Of a stretch of 33,857 nt of DNA, positions 8,592 through 18,132 are shown piece by piece (the stretch's first letter is position 1; each line of letters starts with the position of its first letter). The DNA comes from a bacterium (lineage in GTDB: Bacteria > Hinthialibacterota > Hinthialibacteria > Hinthialibacterales > Hinthialibacteraceae): contig JBHGBC010000054.1 of the NCBI GenBank assembly GCA_041946805.1, positions 1-33,857 on the forward strand, given 5' to 3'. The notes beneath the pieces are model-generated. The model was not told where the DNA came from and searched no databases. It was given only the letters and a program-made list of their open reading frames with translations. The translations under genes and the position numbers were made by a program.

Positions 8592-8867
8592 TTTTGAATT
8601 CATGGAATCCGGATAAAGATGGATGGTCAGTTTGTTCCCCTAGATTACCCCATACCAGAAGAAATTGCCGCCAGGTGGACCGGAAGACAGGGATTACCGC
8701 GCGGAAATTGTCCAATGATCCAATCGCGCAATTGGTCCCCAATCTTGGAAGGGGGGACTTTCCGCCAGCATCCCGGATCCATTCGTTCTATCCGTGTTGA
8801 AAAAAATCAAAATGAACCTATGATCCAAAAATAAAGTCAAGGAAACCATCGAGGAATCAAGGGACCC

Positions 8868-9434
8868 ATGAAGCACACATACCGCAAAGCCTTTACTCTG
8901 ATTGAGTTGCTCATTGTGGTGGCCATTATCGGCATTCTGGCGGCCATCGCGGTTCCCAATTTCTTGAACGCCCAGGTCCGGGCGGGAGTTACCCGCGTAA
9001 AGGCCGATTTCCGGACGATCATGACCGCCTTGGAAACCTACCGGCTCGACAACAATGATTATCCTCCCGATCTTTCCGGCCCTAACAATGAAGACTGGGC
9101 GTATAAATTTCTGACCACGCCCGTCGCCTATCTGAACAGCACCGAGGTTTGCCGGGACTATTTCACCGCCAAAACCGGCCGCCAGGACGAGGCCGGCTTC
9201 ACCCGCAATTTCTACGATTACGGGCAGGTGGATTACATCCGCAAGTCGGGATTGGGATTTGTCATCATCAGTTTCGCCCCGGACCGTGGACTCGACATGC
9301 CCTGGACCACGGACAGCATGGACATCTTGAGCAAACGGATCGCCAGCCGGTCCTATTTCCTCTACGAATCCTCCAACGGCCTGACCTCCTCCGGCGACAT
9401 CATCGGCACCGGCCACGGGCTGCACAACAATTGA
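8868..9434 (+). CDS. prepilin-type N-terminal cleavage/methylation domain protein (GspG/pilin-like)
   Basis: RKA|FTLIELLIVVAIIGILAAIAVPNF with E at +5, then ALETYRLDNNDYP and LTTPVAYL. Confidence 0.92.
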   Translation: MKHTYRKAFTLIELLIVVAIIGILAAIAVPNFLNAQVRAGVTRVKADFRTIMTALETYRLDNNDYPPDLSGPNNEDWAYKFLTTPVAYLNSTEVCRDYFTAKTGRQDEAGFTRNFYDYGQVDYIRKSGLGFVIISFAPDRGLDMPWTTDSMDILSKRIASRSYFLYESSNGLTSSGDIIGTGHGLHNN

Positions 9435-9438
9435 GTAT

Positions 9439-12165
9439 TCATAGCCATTCGCGGATCTGGCGGCGCATGCGGGCGTAGAGAAACGAAACCAGGATCAAGG
9501 TAATCCCCAGGCACATGAACGCCACCATGCGGTAAAACGTCTCGAGTTGGGCCACATCGATCAAAAAGACGCGGCCGATCGCCAGCACGAACACCGCCAT
9601 GGCCACGCGGCGGTAGGATTTACCTTTCCACACGAATCCCAGGACTAACAGCGACAGCGCCAGCAGCGTCCATCCCACCGAAGTCCAATATCCTCGCAGA
9701 ACCTCGGAATACGAAAGCACAAACAGCATCCAGGCCCCGGCGGCCGCCACCAGCAACCGGCGCATCCAGGATCCCAGGTTCTTCTGAATGACATCCAAAA
9801 TTCGGGAATCCTGAACGGCCAACATCCTTTCCATGCCGATGTACTGAATGAATACGATCAGGCCGGCCGTCAGCAAACCCATGGAGGATCCACTGTATTC
9901 CAAGGGCGTGGCGAATCCCTCCGGGAGCAGCCAGGCGAGGGACGCGGCATACGCGGCGATTTGCAGACAACCCAAATTTAATCCCCAGCCGAGGGACAGA
10001 GCCGCCAGGGGAAAGATCATCCAGAAGGGATAAATCATGGCGCCGGATTCGAATAGCATATCGCCCCGGATCCAGAACCAGATCCCGGCCAGGACGAACG
10101 CGAGCACATAAAAATAGCCGAATCCCCATCCCCAGCCGCTGGTCAATACGCGGTCCGCCTTTCTGTTATCCTCCGGGGTGAACCACTCCACCAACACGCC
10201 GAAACCCAGGGTGACCAGCACTAGACAGAAGGTCATGGCGGGGTGTTCTCGTACTCCCGTTCCAGGAGTCAACCCGTCATACAGCCACCAATGGCCCGCT
10301 GTGATGAACACCAGCGGAGCAGTGTTCAACGCGGCGCTTTTCATCCATGCCGCCACCACCACGGAGAGCAGGCTGAATCCCATCATGAACCAGATCGTCA
10401 CCGGGACCGCATCGAAATACCGGTACGTGGCCGCCGTCATCAGCAAGGCCCCGGCTCCCGCGTGGAGAAAAGCCAACGGCTTGACATAGGCCTGTATCGT
10501 GTCGAGAAACCCCTTCACCCATTTGGAAGTTGTCCCGGACTCATCCGGATTCATGAATTCCCACGTCTCTTCCAGACGCGCTTGCGTGAAATAAACCAGG
10601 GCGGTGGCCAGGCCGCCCAGATAGGCAGGAACAGTGGAAAAATGATGCGCGCCCGCGGTCCAATAATGAACAAAGTTGAGAAAAATCACCACCTGCGCCA
10701 AGGGATTGAGGAACCAGAACCGCAGGCTTCGCGACATCACCAGCAGCAATAATGCCTGGGCCGCGAGCACCAGGTTCAACGTCAGCCCGCCCAGCCAGGA
10801 AAACAACCCCAGGTTCAAAAACAACGTGGCGGTGGCCGCGTACCAGGGATGATCGGGATTGTCACGCGCTTCGTGATACAGCATCAGCACCACTTGCAAA
10901 CCCGCCAGGGGCAGGAAGAAAAGGAATATATGGTCCCAATAGATCTTCGTTCCCAAAAACAAGCCGGTGACCAGGATCGAGTAAAACACCAGCGAGACGG
11001 CGCCCAGGGCACGGCCGGCGGAGCGCTGGGGCAGTGTGAAAGCTACCCTTCCCAAATCCCGCAAGCGGGCGTGGTAGAGCAGATCGGCAGCGAGAAAGAG
11101 CACGTAATAGGAGGAGAGAAACGAAAAATTCAGCCAGAAGCTGAATTCCGGCGATGTCATGGGGTGGTCCTGCAGCGACCAGAGGAGGTGCGAAAGATAG
11201 GAAGCACAGACCGCGAAAAGGCTCAAGGGGACCCAACTATGCCGCCATAATAAAAAAACCGCCGCCGTGTCCAGAAACATAATCGCGATCAGGGTGAAGG
11301 CGTCGGCGTTTCCCCCCGCCGTGTAGGCCGCCACATGTCCCAGGAAAATCGCCAGCCCGGCCGTCGATTCGGATTGCCAGCGCTCAGCCAGGAGAAAGAG
11401 GCCGCCGATACTGGCCGACATCAACGCCAGCGAGGCCCCCAGCGGCACGCAGGCCATGGCCGGGAGAAAATACGCGGCGTACGAACTGAAGAACGCCAGC
11501 GCCGCCCCGCCCGCCATCACGGGACGCGCGAAGATCCGCAGGCGTTCCTCGAACCGCCAGCCGATGATCAACAGCGCCGCCGAAGCCAGGTAACTGAGCG
11601 CCGTTTTGTGCCAGGGTTGCAGAAGCGGGGTGATATACCGTCCCATCAAGGCGAAAGCGATGATCAACGCCACCAGCCCGATGCGGTTGAACCACACTTC
11701 GCCCACTTGGGTTTCGAAATCCAGGATTTTGGGCTCCCCCGTTTCTCCGGTGGATACCCCCTCTACTGCCGTCTTTTCAGAGAACGCCGCCGGTTCCGGC
11801 GTGGAGGCCATAATCCGTTCCGGCTCCGCTTTAGCCTCGTCTCCAGGTTCGATCACCGGTTCGGCCAGGGTGAAGGAAACTGGTTCAGGAACCGGCGCGG
11901 GTGTCGGTTTCCATGCGGGAGCCGGTTCGGCAGGAGGGATGGGTTTCCACAAATCCTCCCTTGGCTTCATATCGGATTCCCTCTCCGCCGGCTGAGGCTT
12001 CCCGGCCAACAGCTTTGCGATCTTTCGGACATGGATCTCCAACTCGGAGACCCGCCGGTTCACGCTCCCCAGCCAGAAGATAGAAATCAATCCGCCGAGG
12101 CCTCCGAAGAACACCACAAGGGCCACCAACAAGGCCAACAAACCGAAAAATATTTCATCCATCAC
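9439..12165 (-). CDS. DUF2339-like large polytopic membrane protein
   Basis: N-terminal TM plus coiled coil, Pro/Glu-rich linker, FETQVGEVWFNRIGLVAL, many TM segments, C-terminal RVFLIDVAQLETFYRMVAFMCLGITLILVSFLY. GGAGG RBS. Confidence 0.85.
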   Translation of the reverse strand: MMDEIFFGLLALLVALVVFFGGLGGLISIFWLGSVNRRVSELEIHVRKIAKLLAGKPQPAERESDMKPREDLWKPIPPAEPAPAWKPTPAPVPEPVSFTLAEPVIEPGDEAKAEPERIMASTPEPAAFSEKTAVEGVSTGETGEPKILDFETQVGEVWFNRIGLVALIIAFALMGRYITPLLQPWHKTALSYLASAALLIIGWRFEERLRIFARPVMAGGAALAFFSSYAAYFLPAMACVPLGASLALMSASIGGLFLLAERWQSESTAGLAIFLGHVAAYTAGGNADAFTLIAIMFLDTAAVFLLWRHSWVPLSLFAVCASYLSHLLWSLQDHPMTSPEFSFWLNFSFLSSYYVLFLAADLLYHARLRDLGRVAFTLPQRSAGRALGAVSLVFYSILVTGLFLGTKIYWDHIFLFFLPLAGLQVVLMLYHEARDNPDHPWYAATATLFLNLGLFSWLGGLTLNLVLAAQALLLLVMSRSLRFWFLNPLAQVVIFLNFVHYWTAGAHHFSTVPAYLGGLATALVYFTQARLEETWEFMNPDESGTTSKWVKGFLDTIQAYVKPLAFLHAGAGALLMTAATYRYFDAVPVTIWFMMGFSLLSVVVAAWMKSAALNTAPLVFITAGHWWLYDGLTPGTGVREHPAMTFCLVLVTLGFGVLVEWFTPEDNRKADRVLTSGWGWGFGYFYVLAFVLAGIWFWIRGDMLFESGAMIYPFWMIFPLAALSLGWGLNLGCLQIAAYAASLAWLLPEGFATPLEYSGSSMGLLTAGLIVFIQYIGMERMLAVQDSRILDVIQKNLGSWMRRLLVAAAGAWMLFVLSYSEVLRGYWTSVGWTLLALSLLVLGFVWKGKSYRRVAMAVFVLAIGRVFLIDVAQLETFYRMVAFMCLGITLILVSFLYARMRRQIREWL

Positions 12166-12243
12166 ATTTCCCTCCTTGGTTTTATCAAACTCCCCGCGTG
12201 AATCCCGCCGGCCGGACGGCTGTGTTCAGCCATTGAATCTCAA

Positions 12244-12260
12244 TGCACGTTTCATTCCAA
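12244..12260 (-). promoter_or_regulatory. candidate sigma-54 promoter for the DUF2339 gene
   Basis: Minus strand TTGGAATGAAACGTGCA has GG-N10-GC spacing, about 80 bp upstream of the start. Divergent sigma-54 activator gene is adjacent. Confidence 0.55.
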
Positions 12261-12299
12261 AAACACGGCAAAATCCCTCATCAACAGCAAGTGATTATA

Positions 12300-12312
12300 A
12301 ATCAAAGAGTTG
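12300..12312. promoter_or_regulatory. IHF-binding site
   Basis: AATCAAAGAGTTG matches WATCAANNNNTTR exactly, 40 bp upstream of the candidate sigma-54 promoter. Confidence 0.6.
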
Positions 12313-12457
12313 AAATAAACATCGCAGGTTTTGGATTCTCGCTTCCATAACTAGGCAAGCATATTGTGTTGTCGTCACCTGCATTTTTCGATTGCATGCA
12401 TACAGGAGCATGTGATAGGGTTGAGGAGCCCAAGAGAGCGGTCCCGGGGTGAATCGC

Positions 12458-12598
12458 GCCCAGGGTTGAAACCCTGGGCTCTAATATGTGGCCCCTTGAA
12501 AGGGGCGCAGCGTGAGGAAGGAAGGGAATGTGTAATCCGGGGAGATGTGGCGTGGTGATAAGGCGATCCTTACCCTGGCCCTCTCCCAGGGGGAGAGG
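12458..12598. repeat. REP-like modules C (12458-12506) and A (12568-12598)
   Basis: GCCCAGGGTTGAAACCCTGGGCT...GCCCCTTGAAAGGGGC and CCTTACCCTGGCCCTCTCCCAGGGGGAGAGG. Confidence 0.8.
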
Positions 12599-12714
12599 CG
12601 ACAGGGATTAATCTCTCAGGCCAGACGAATTGGACAACGGTTGCGCTTTCTTGAAAGGGTAAAAGATATAGCGGATGCATGGATCGATCTCTCAAGCACG
12701 GTTGACACTCACAC

Positions 12715-14280
12715 ATGAACTACGCGTTCCCACCCGATACACGGGAAATTCTCAAACTCATCCGTGGGATAACCGAGGCCAATCCGTTCTCTCCGGAACG
12801 GCTGCGTTGGCATGAACAAATCTTGCGCCGTTCGCTGGACACGGAGCCGTTGCATCTCTCCAACTGGCAGGCGCGGCAGAAGATCAACGAGGCCACCCTG
12901 CGCCTGCTGGAGGATTGCCTGGCCGAACTACGCGAGGACATTCACCGGCACGCGGAACAGATTTCCTCCGAGGACCAGGAGCTCTATCGCATCGCCGTGT
13001 GGTTCCATACCTACCATCAGGCCTTGGAAGGGATGGACCGCTACATGGCGCGCTGCGAACGCGAACCGGAACAGAATCCCCCGGTGGGTGATGACCTCTA
13101 CCAAGATTTCAAGGCGAACCTCCAAACCGGACTGCGCCTCATCCCGGGCGACACTCCCCACGAGAGCCTGCTGGAGATGAACGAAACCGAAACCGCCGAG
13201 CTCTTCGCGTTCAGTTTCCAGCTGTGGCGGGGATTTTCCGGCATCATCCGGCGGCTCATAGGACGCTCCGCGCCGGCCGCGCGGCTGCGGGAAGAGGTTT
13301 GGGAAGCCATCTTCACCCGGCGGTTGTTGTGGAGTTTCAATTACCTCAAAGCCCGCATGGCCAACTTCTCCACCTTGATCCTGGGCGCGTCCGGCACCGG
13401 CAAGGACCTCGTGGCGGAAGCGATCGCCACCGCGCAGTTCATCCCCTACGATCCCCGGCCGGACCGCTTCGCGATCAATTACACCACCGCCAACCAGGTG
13501 ATCAACTTGTCGGCCCTCACGCCCACCCTGATCGAATCCGAACTCTTCGGGCATGTCAAAGGGGCCTACACCGGGGCCACGGACAACCGCCAGGGGCTGC
13601 TGGAGAAATGTTCACCCTACGGCGCGCTCGTTCTGGATGAAATCGGCGACCTGAGCGAGGAAATCCAGGTGAAACTGCTGCGGGTGCTGCAGTCGCGTGA
13701 ATTTTATCCCCTGGGCAGCCGCAAACCGGCCCGTTTTCACGGCCGCATCCTCTCCGCCACCAACCGCAACATCGCCGCCCTGATCCAGGAAGGCCGCCTG
13801 CGGGAAGATTTTCTCTACCGGCTGGGCGCCGTCGTGATCCGTGTCCCCACCTTGTCTCAGCGCCTGCGGGAATGCCCGGACGAAGGAGCGGAGCTGCTGC
13901 GGGCCATTCTGTTGCGCGTGCTGGGACAAGTCGACGAGACCGTGTACCATGAACTCGAAGAGCGCATCCGCCCCTGGATCAAGGCTGGTTATCCCTGGCC
14001 CGGCAACGTGCGGGAATTCGAGCAGTGCGTGCGCAGCCTGCTGGTCGGTTCGCGCTACAATCCCCTGGTGTCACCCACTGGAGCCGGGGATGAATTGCAC
14101 CAGTTGTTCGCGCGCATGGAGCAAGCCCAGGCCCCGATCGAGGAGATCCTCATGCTCTACAGCCATCACGTGCTCAACTCATGCGGCAATTACCAGGCGG
14201 CGGCCGAGCGCCTGGGCGCCGATTGGCGCACGGTCAAGAAGTATGTGAACCAGTATGAAAAACTATCCCCCCGCGAATAA
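12715..14280 (+). CDS. sigma-54-dependent transcriptional activator (bEBP, AAA+ with Fis-type HTH) with an unrecognised N-terminal domain
   Basis: Walker A GASGTGKD, ESELFGHVKGAYTGA, Walker B LVLDEIG, QVKLLRVLQ, REDFLYRL, WPGNVREF, C-terminal NYQAAAERLGADWRTVKK. Confidence 0.93.
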   Translation: MNYAFPPDTREILKLIRGITEANPFSPERLRWHEQILRRSLDTEPLHLSNWQARQKINEATLRLLEDCLAELREDIHRHAEQISSEDQELYRIAVWFHTYHQALEGMDRYMARCEREPEQNPPVGDDLYQDFKANLQTGLRLIPGDTPHESLLEMNETETAELFAFSFQLWRGFSGIIRRLIGRSAPAARLREEVWEAIFTRRLLWSFNYLKARMANFSTLILGASGTGKDLVAEAIATAQFIPYDPRPDRFAINYTTANQVINLSALTPTLIESELFGHVKGAYTGATDNRQGLLEKCSPYGALVLDEIGDLSEEIQVKLLRVLQSREFYPLGSRKPARFHGRILSATNRNIAALIQEGRLREDFLYRLGAVVIRVPTLSQRLRECPDEGAELLRAILLRVLGQVDETVYHELEERIRPWIKAGYPWPGNVREFEQCVRSLLVGSRYNPLVSPTGAGDELHQLFARMEQAQAPIEEILMLYSHHVLNSCGNYQAAAERLGADWRTVKKYVNQYEKLSPRE

Positions 14281-14297
14281 TCCCCCTGTCGAACAAG

Positions 14298-14331
14298 GCA
14301 GGTTGGATCTGCGCTTAGCGCGTAATCCGTC
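14298..14331 (+). repeat. REP-like module D copy
   Basis: GCAGGTTGGATCTGCGCTTAGCGCGTAATCCGTC, similar to 18865-18898. Confidence 0.7.
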
Positions 14332-14468
14332 AATCCCCTGCACTTCTTCTCCATCCCCCCGGGCCGATTGTGTTTTTCCGTCGGTTCCTTTATAATCGGG
14401 CGAAACCAGGCTTCTTCTTTCCAAAGGGAGGCCAAGGATACGATCTTGGCTGGAGAAAAAAGTTAACC

Positions 14469-14600
14469 ATGTCGACGACCATGCTGCAAAACATCATCGT
14501 GATTATTGTGTTCGCCATCCTCATCGGCGGATTCTTTCTCACCGGTTCGGGCTCTCCCCAAAAACCGGGGGATTCCAAAGATCAAAATCAATCCAAATAA
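14469..14600 (+). CDS. small single-pass membrane protein (43 aa)
   Basis: MSTTMLQNIIVIIVFAILIGGFFLTGSGSPQKPGDSKDQNQSK: one clean hydrophobic segment and a GGAGA RBS upstream. Confidence 0.65.
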   Translation: MSTTMLQNIIVIIVFAILIGGFFLTGSGSPQKPGDSKDQNQSK

Positions 14601-14871
14601 GATCGGTCCCACGAGGACGGGAACGTAAACTCCCGGGCGAATTGCATGCCCACGGCGCATCGGGGCGTTTTCACCCGGGTAATTCCACGCGAAACACTCG
14701 GATCTTCCGCGCCAGGCCCGTGTTTTCCCTCCTTCTCCACGCGTCGGCACTGCCGTATCATATCCGCCTCGAAATCCGCATCCAGGTTCTCTTGAAATCG
14801 CTGATCTACGTATTAATAATTGTAATAGAATGAAGTGAGAAAATATCCGAACCGCCGCCTCGGGCGAAACC

Positions 14872-17800
14872 ATGACGGCATTTATAGTGCTTTTCATTAC
14901 TCTGTCAGGCGTTTCCGCGGCACTCTCCGCCGGAGAGGACAAAGGCGTGCTTCGCGATTGGGTAATTCGTGAATTCAAGGCGCCGGTTGACCTGCCCAAT
15001 GACGCGGTGCGGGATGTCATCATGGCCCGGGACGGGTCCGTGTGGATGGCCTCGTGGGGAGGCGGCGCTGTCCGCCTGGCGGGCGCGCGCCGCCAGTTCT
15101 TCCGCGCCCGGGACGGCTTGGTATCCGACAATGTCCGCGCGGTGAAGGAAGACATCCGTGGTTGGATTTGGGTGGCCACCGCGGATGGAATCAGTTGTAT
15201 TGCAAAAGGAAAAATTTATAATTTTTCTTCCAAGACTGTTCCCGTAATCCCCTATGACTCCTTCTACTCGATCGAAAGCCTGGGGAATGGCGAAGTCTGG
15301 TTCGGGGGAGGACAGGGGCATCTGATCGCGTGGAGTCCCGGAGAGAATCCCTCGGATCCGGGAGCGGGATCCTGGCGGATCATTCATCATTTTACGGGTG
15401 CGTATAGCATCAGCGTTCGCAAAATTGTCCACAGCGGAGAGAACTCCCTCCTTCTGGCCGTCGATCAAGTGGGCATGATGGTTTTTGACACCAATATCCG
15501 CTCCGCGACCTTTTATCTCCACGAGATTCCCGAAAATAAATATTTCTTGCCGGAATGCAAGGCCTTCGCTACACCCACACCCGATACGCTTTTTTACATA
15601 AGCTGGAATTACATCGCGGAAGTGAAGGATCACCGGTTGGTGGATACGTGGTGGACGCCCGCCGAGGCGTTGTGTATCCAGCAGGCGTTCGGAACGGTCT
15701 TCGTGGGGACGCAAAAGGGATTGTACAGTTGGAAAAATCATCAATGGACTTTCTGCCCGTTGACTCCTGACCAGCGGAACCTGCCGGTGGAATCGATCTC
15801 GTTGTTGCCCGATGAATCGTTGTGGATCGGGACCCGGAGCGGCGCGTTCCGCCTGTCGAAGCCCGCTTGGGTGAGTCCGGATTTGTCCCCCGGCGGACCG
15901 GTGATTTATGGGGAGACTTTGCTGCGCAATCCGGAGAATGAATTGCTCGTGACCGGCACGGAAGGCCATGCTTGGAAATATAGTCAAAAGCAATGGCGGT
16001 ATTTCCATCAATTTCCCTTCCATTTCTTTCCCTACACAACCAATTATCTCTATTGGGCCGGGGGCAAATTGATATTGAACCGAAACGCGGAGTACGATGT
16101 ATATGATCTGGCGGCCCTGGTAAACACCGAACACCTGGTTCTTCCCCCGCTCGCGGACATAGGAAGGAAGAATCATGTTTTCCTATCGGAAAATCAAGTA
16201 CTCTGGTTCCCCTGCCAAAAGGGGATTGCCAAATGGGACGGCTCACAATATGTAATCGTTGTGCCCATTTCCCGCGCGGACAATACGGAGGTTTATTCCA
16301 TCCTGCAAACCGCGCCCGGCGAATACTGGATCGGGGGCAAAGGTTGGATCGAACATTGGCAAGACGGGACCGGCGTAAATGTAGAATTGCCGGAAGGATT
16401 TTTAGATAAGAAAAGCCCCATCCTGGATTCCCTGCAAACCCGCAGCGGCGCCTTGTGGTTTTCGCAACTGGGCCGCGGGCTTCTCTGTTTCAAAGACGGC
16501 GAGTGGCGCCAGGAAAATCTGGAAACCGGATTGCCCAGCAATTACATCTGGAGCTTATTCGAAGCCAGTGACGGCACGATCTGGGCGGGCGACCGCACCA
16601 ATGGCGTCATGAGTTACCAGGATGGCCGGTGGATCCAATACGGTTTCGAGGACGGCCTTCCCCTGGGGCCGGTAGTGTCCATCGTGGAGGATGATCAGAA
16701 TGCCATCTGGATCGGCGTGGAAAAGGGCGGGATTTATCAATTCCAACCGGACCGGGATCCGCCCGCCGTGGATATCCTGTCCACACCGGACCGGCTGGTT
16801 CCCGACGCGCAAGGGGTATTCTCGTTCCAAGGCCATGACGCGTGGAACGTGACCCGCCGCGAGGACCTGGTGTATTCCTGGCGCGTCCGGAACGCCCGGA
16901 CGGAGCAACCCGTCACGGATTGGAGCCCCTACGCGCCGGACACCTCGGTGACCGTCCCGCCCCTGCGGCCCGGCCGTTACGTCTTCGAAGTGCTGGCGCA
17001 GGATACACATCGCAACATCAGCCCCGCGCCCGCCCGGGCGGTGTTTGATGTCATTCCGTACTTTTGGATGACGTATCAATTTCAAATTCCGGCGGCCCTG
17101 GCGTGTGGCTTCGCGTTGCTTTCCTTGTTCCTGTGGCGGGAGCGGTATGTAATGAAATTGCGGGCCGAACGGATCGGCTTCCGCGAGTTTTGCGAGGCGA
17201 CCCGCATCGGCGTGATGCGTCTGTCCCCCGCCGGGGAACTCTCGTTCGTCAACGCGGCCATGGCGCGCATCGCGGGATACGCGAGCCCGGAGGAAATGCT
17301 GTCGGTTCCCCATCCGGTCCAGTGGATCAACCAGGCCGCGTACCAGCGTTTCCTGGATTCCCTGCGCGGGCTCCAATCCGCGCCGCCCATCACCCTGAAA
17401 GGCCGGCGGTTCACGACCGGCCAGCCCTTCTACGTCCTGCTGTACGGCCTGGTGAAAGAGGACGCCATCGAACTGATGGCCTTGGACTTGACCGAGCAGC
17501 GCCAGTTGGAACAGGAAATCGCCCTGGCCAGCACGCGGGAACAACAAAAGTTGGGCAACGACCTGCACGATACGGTGGTGCAGGATCTAATTGCCGCCTC
17601 GTACATGGCGCAGATGTTTTTGGATAAGCTTTCCCGCGCGGGGCACGCGGATTTCGCCGAATTGAAAACGTTGATCGGCCATCTCGACGAGACGCGCCGG
17701 AAGACGCACCAACTGACCCAGGGGCTTTTGCCCATCGCCCGGGGCGAACTGGGATTCCAATCGGCCTTGCAGGATTTGACGGCCGCCATCGAATCCTGCT

Positions 17801-18132
17801 ATGGGGTCCGGTGCTGGTTCACTCCGGACCGTTCCATTGCCATCACGGACGATGAAGCGGAACTGCACTTGTATTACATCGCCCATGAAGCGCTGCACAA
17901 CGCGGTGAAACACGCGCGGGCGAATTCCATCACCCTGGACCTGCGGCGGGACAACGGCGCCATCGTCCTGTCGGTTCATGACGATGGGGTGGGGTTGTCC
18001 GCGCCGGCGAGCCGCGAGGGATTGGGCATGCATATCATGAAATACCGGGCCGGACTGATCCTGGCGGAATTGAATATTTACAATCATCCGGAGGGAGGGG
18101 CGGTGGTGGAATGCCGGTATCCGATCGAATAA
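14872..18132 (+). CDS. sensor histidine kinase: periplasmic beta-propeller (Reg_prop-like), Y_Y_Y-like domain, TM, PAS-like, HisKA_3, HATPase_c
   Basis: Repeated DGSVW/GWIWVAT/GLPSN/DGTIWAG blades, PGRYVFEVLAQD, TM IPAALACGFALLSLFLW, H-box LGNDLHD, N-box EALHNAVKHA, DDGVG, GLGM. Confidence 0.92.
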   Translation: MTAFIVLFITLSGVSAALSAGEDKGVLRDWVIREFKAPVDLPNDAVRDVIMARDGSVWMASWGGGAVRLAGARRQFFRARDGLVSDNVRAVKEDIRGWIWVATADGISCIAKGKIYNFSSKTVPVIPYDSFYSIESLGNGEVWFGGGQGHLIAWSPGENPSDPGAGSWRIIHHFTGAYSISVRKIVHSGENSLLLAVDQVGMMVFDTNIRSATFYLHEIPENKYFLPECKAFATPTPDTLFYISWNYIAEVKDHRLVDTWWTPAEALCIQQAFGTVFVGTQKGLYSWKNHQWTFCPLTPDQRNLPVESISLLPDESLWIGTRSGAFRLSKPAWVSPDLSPGGPVIYGETLLRNPENELLVTGTEGHAWKYSQKQWRYFHQFPFHFFPYTTNYLYWAGGKLILNRNAEYDVYDLAALVNTEHLVLPPLADIGRKNHVFLSENQVLWFPCQKGIAKWDGSQYVIVVPISRADNTEVYSILQTAPGEYWIGGKGWIEHWQDGTGVNVELPEGFLDKKSPILDSLQTRSGALWFSQLGRGLLCFKDGEWRQENLETGLPSNYIWSLFEASDGTIWAGDRTNGVMSYQDGRWIQYGFEDGLPLGPVVSIVEDDQNAIWIGVEKGGIYQFQPDRDPPAVDILSTPDRLVPDAQGVFSFQGHDAWNVTRREDLVYSWRVRNARTEQPVTDWSPYAPDTSVTVPPLRPGRYVFEVLAQDTHRNISPAPARAVFDVIPYFWMTYQFQIPAALACGFALLSLFLWRERYVMKLRAERIGFREFCEATRIGVMRLSPAGELSFVNAAMARIAGYASPEEMLSVPHPVQWINQAAYQRFLDSLRGLQSAPPITLKGRRFTTGQPFYVLLYGLVKEDAIELMALDLTEQRQLEQEIALASTREQQKLGNDLHDTVVQDLIAASYMAQMFLDKLSRAGHADFAELKTLIGHLDETRRKTHQLTQGLLPIARGELGFQSALQDLTAAIESCYGVRCWFTPDRSIAITDDEAELHLYYIAHEALHNAVKHARANSITLDLRRDNGAIVLSVHDDGVGLSAPASREGLGMHIMKYRAGLILAELNIYNHPEGGAVVECRYPIE

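Noticed and set aside
14630..14730. Possible structured RNA upstream of the sensor kinase (CCCGGGCGAA...TTCACCCGGG)
   Set aside because: Pairing is plausible by chance in GC-rich DNA; no known motif or terminator recognised.
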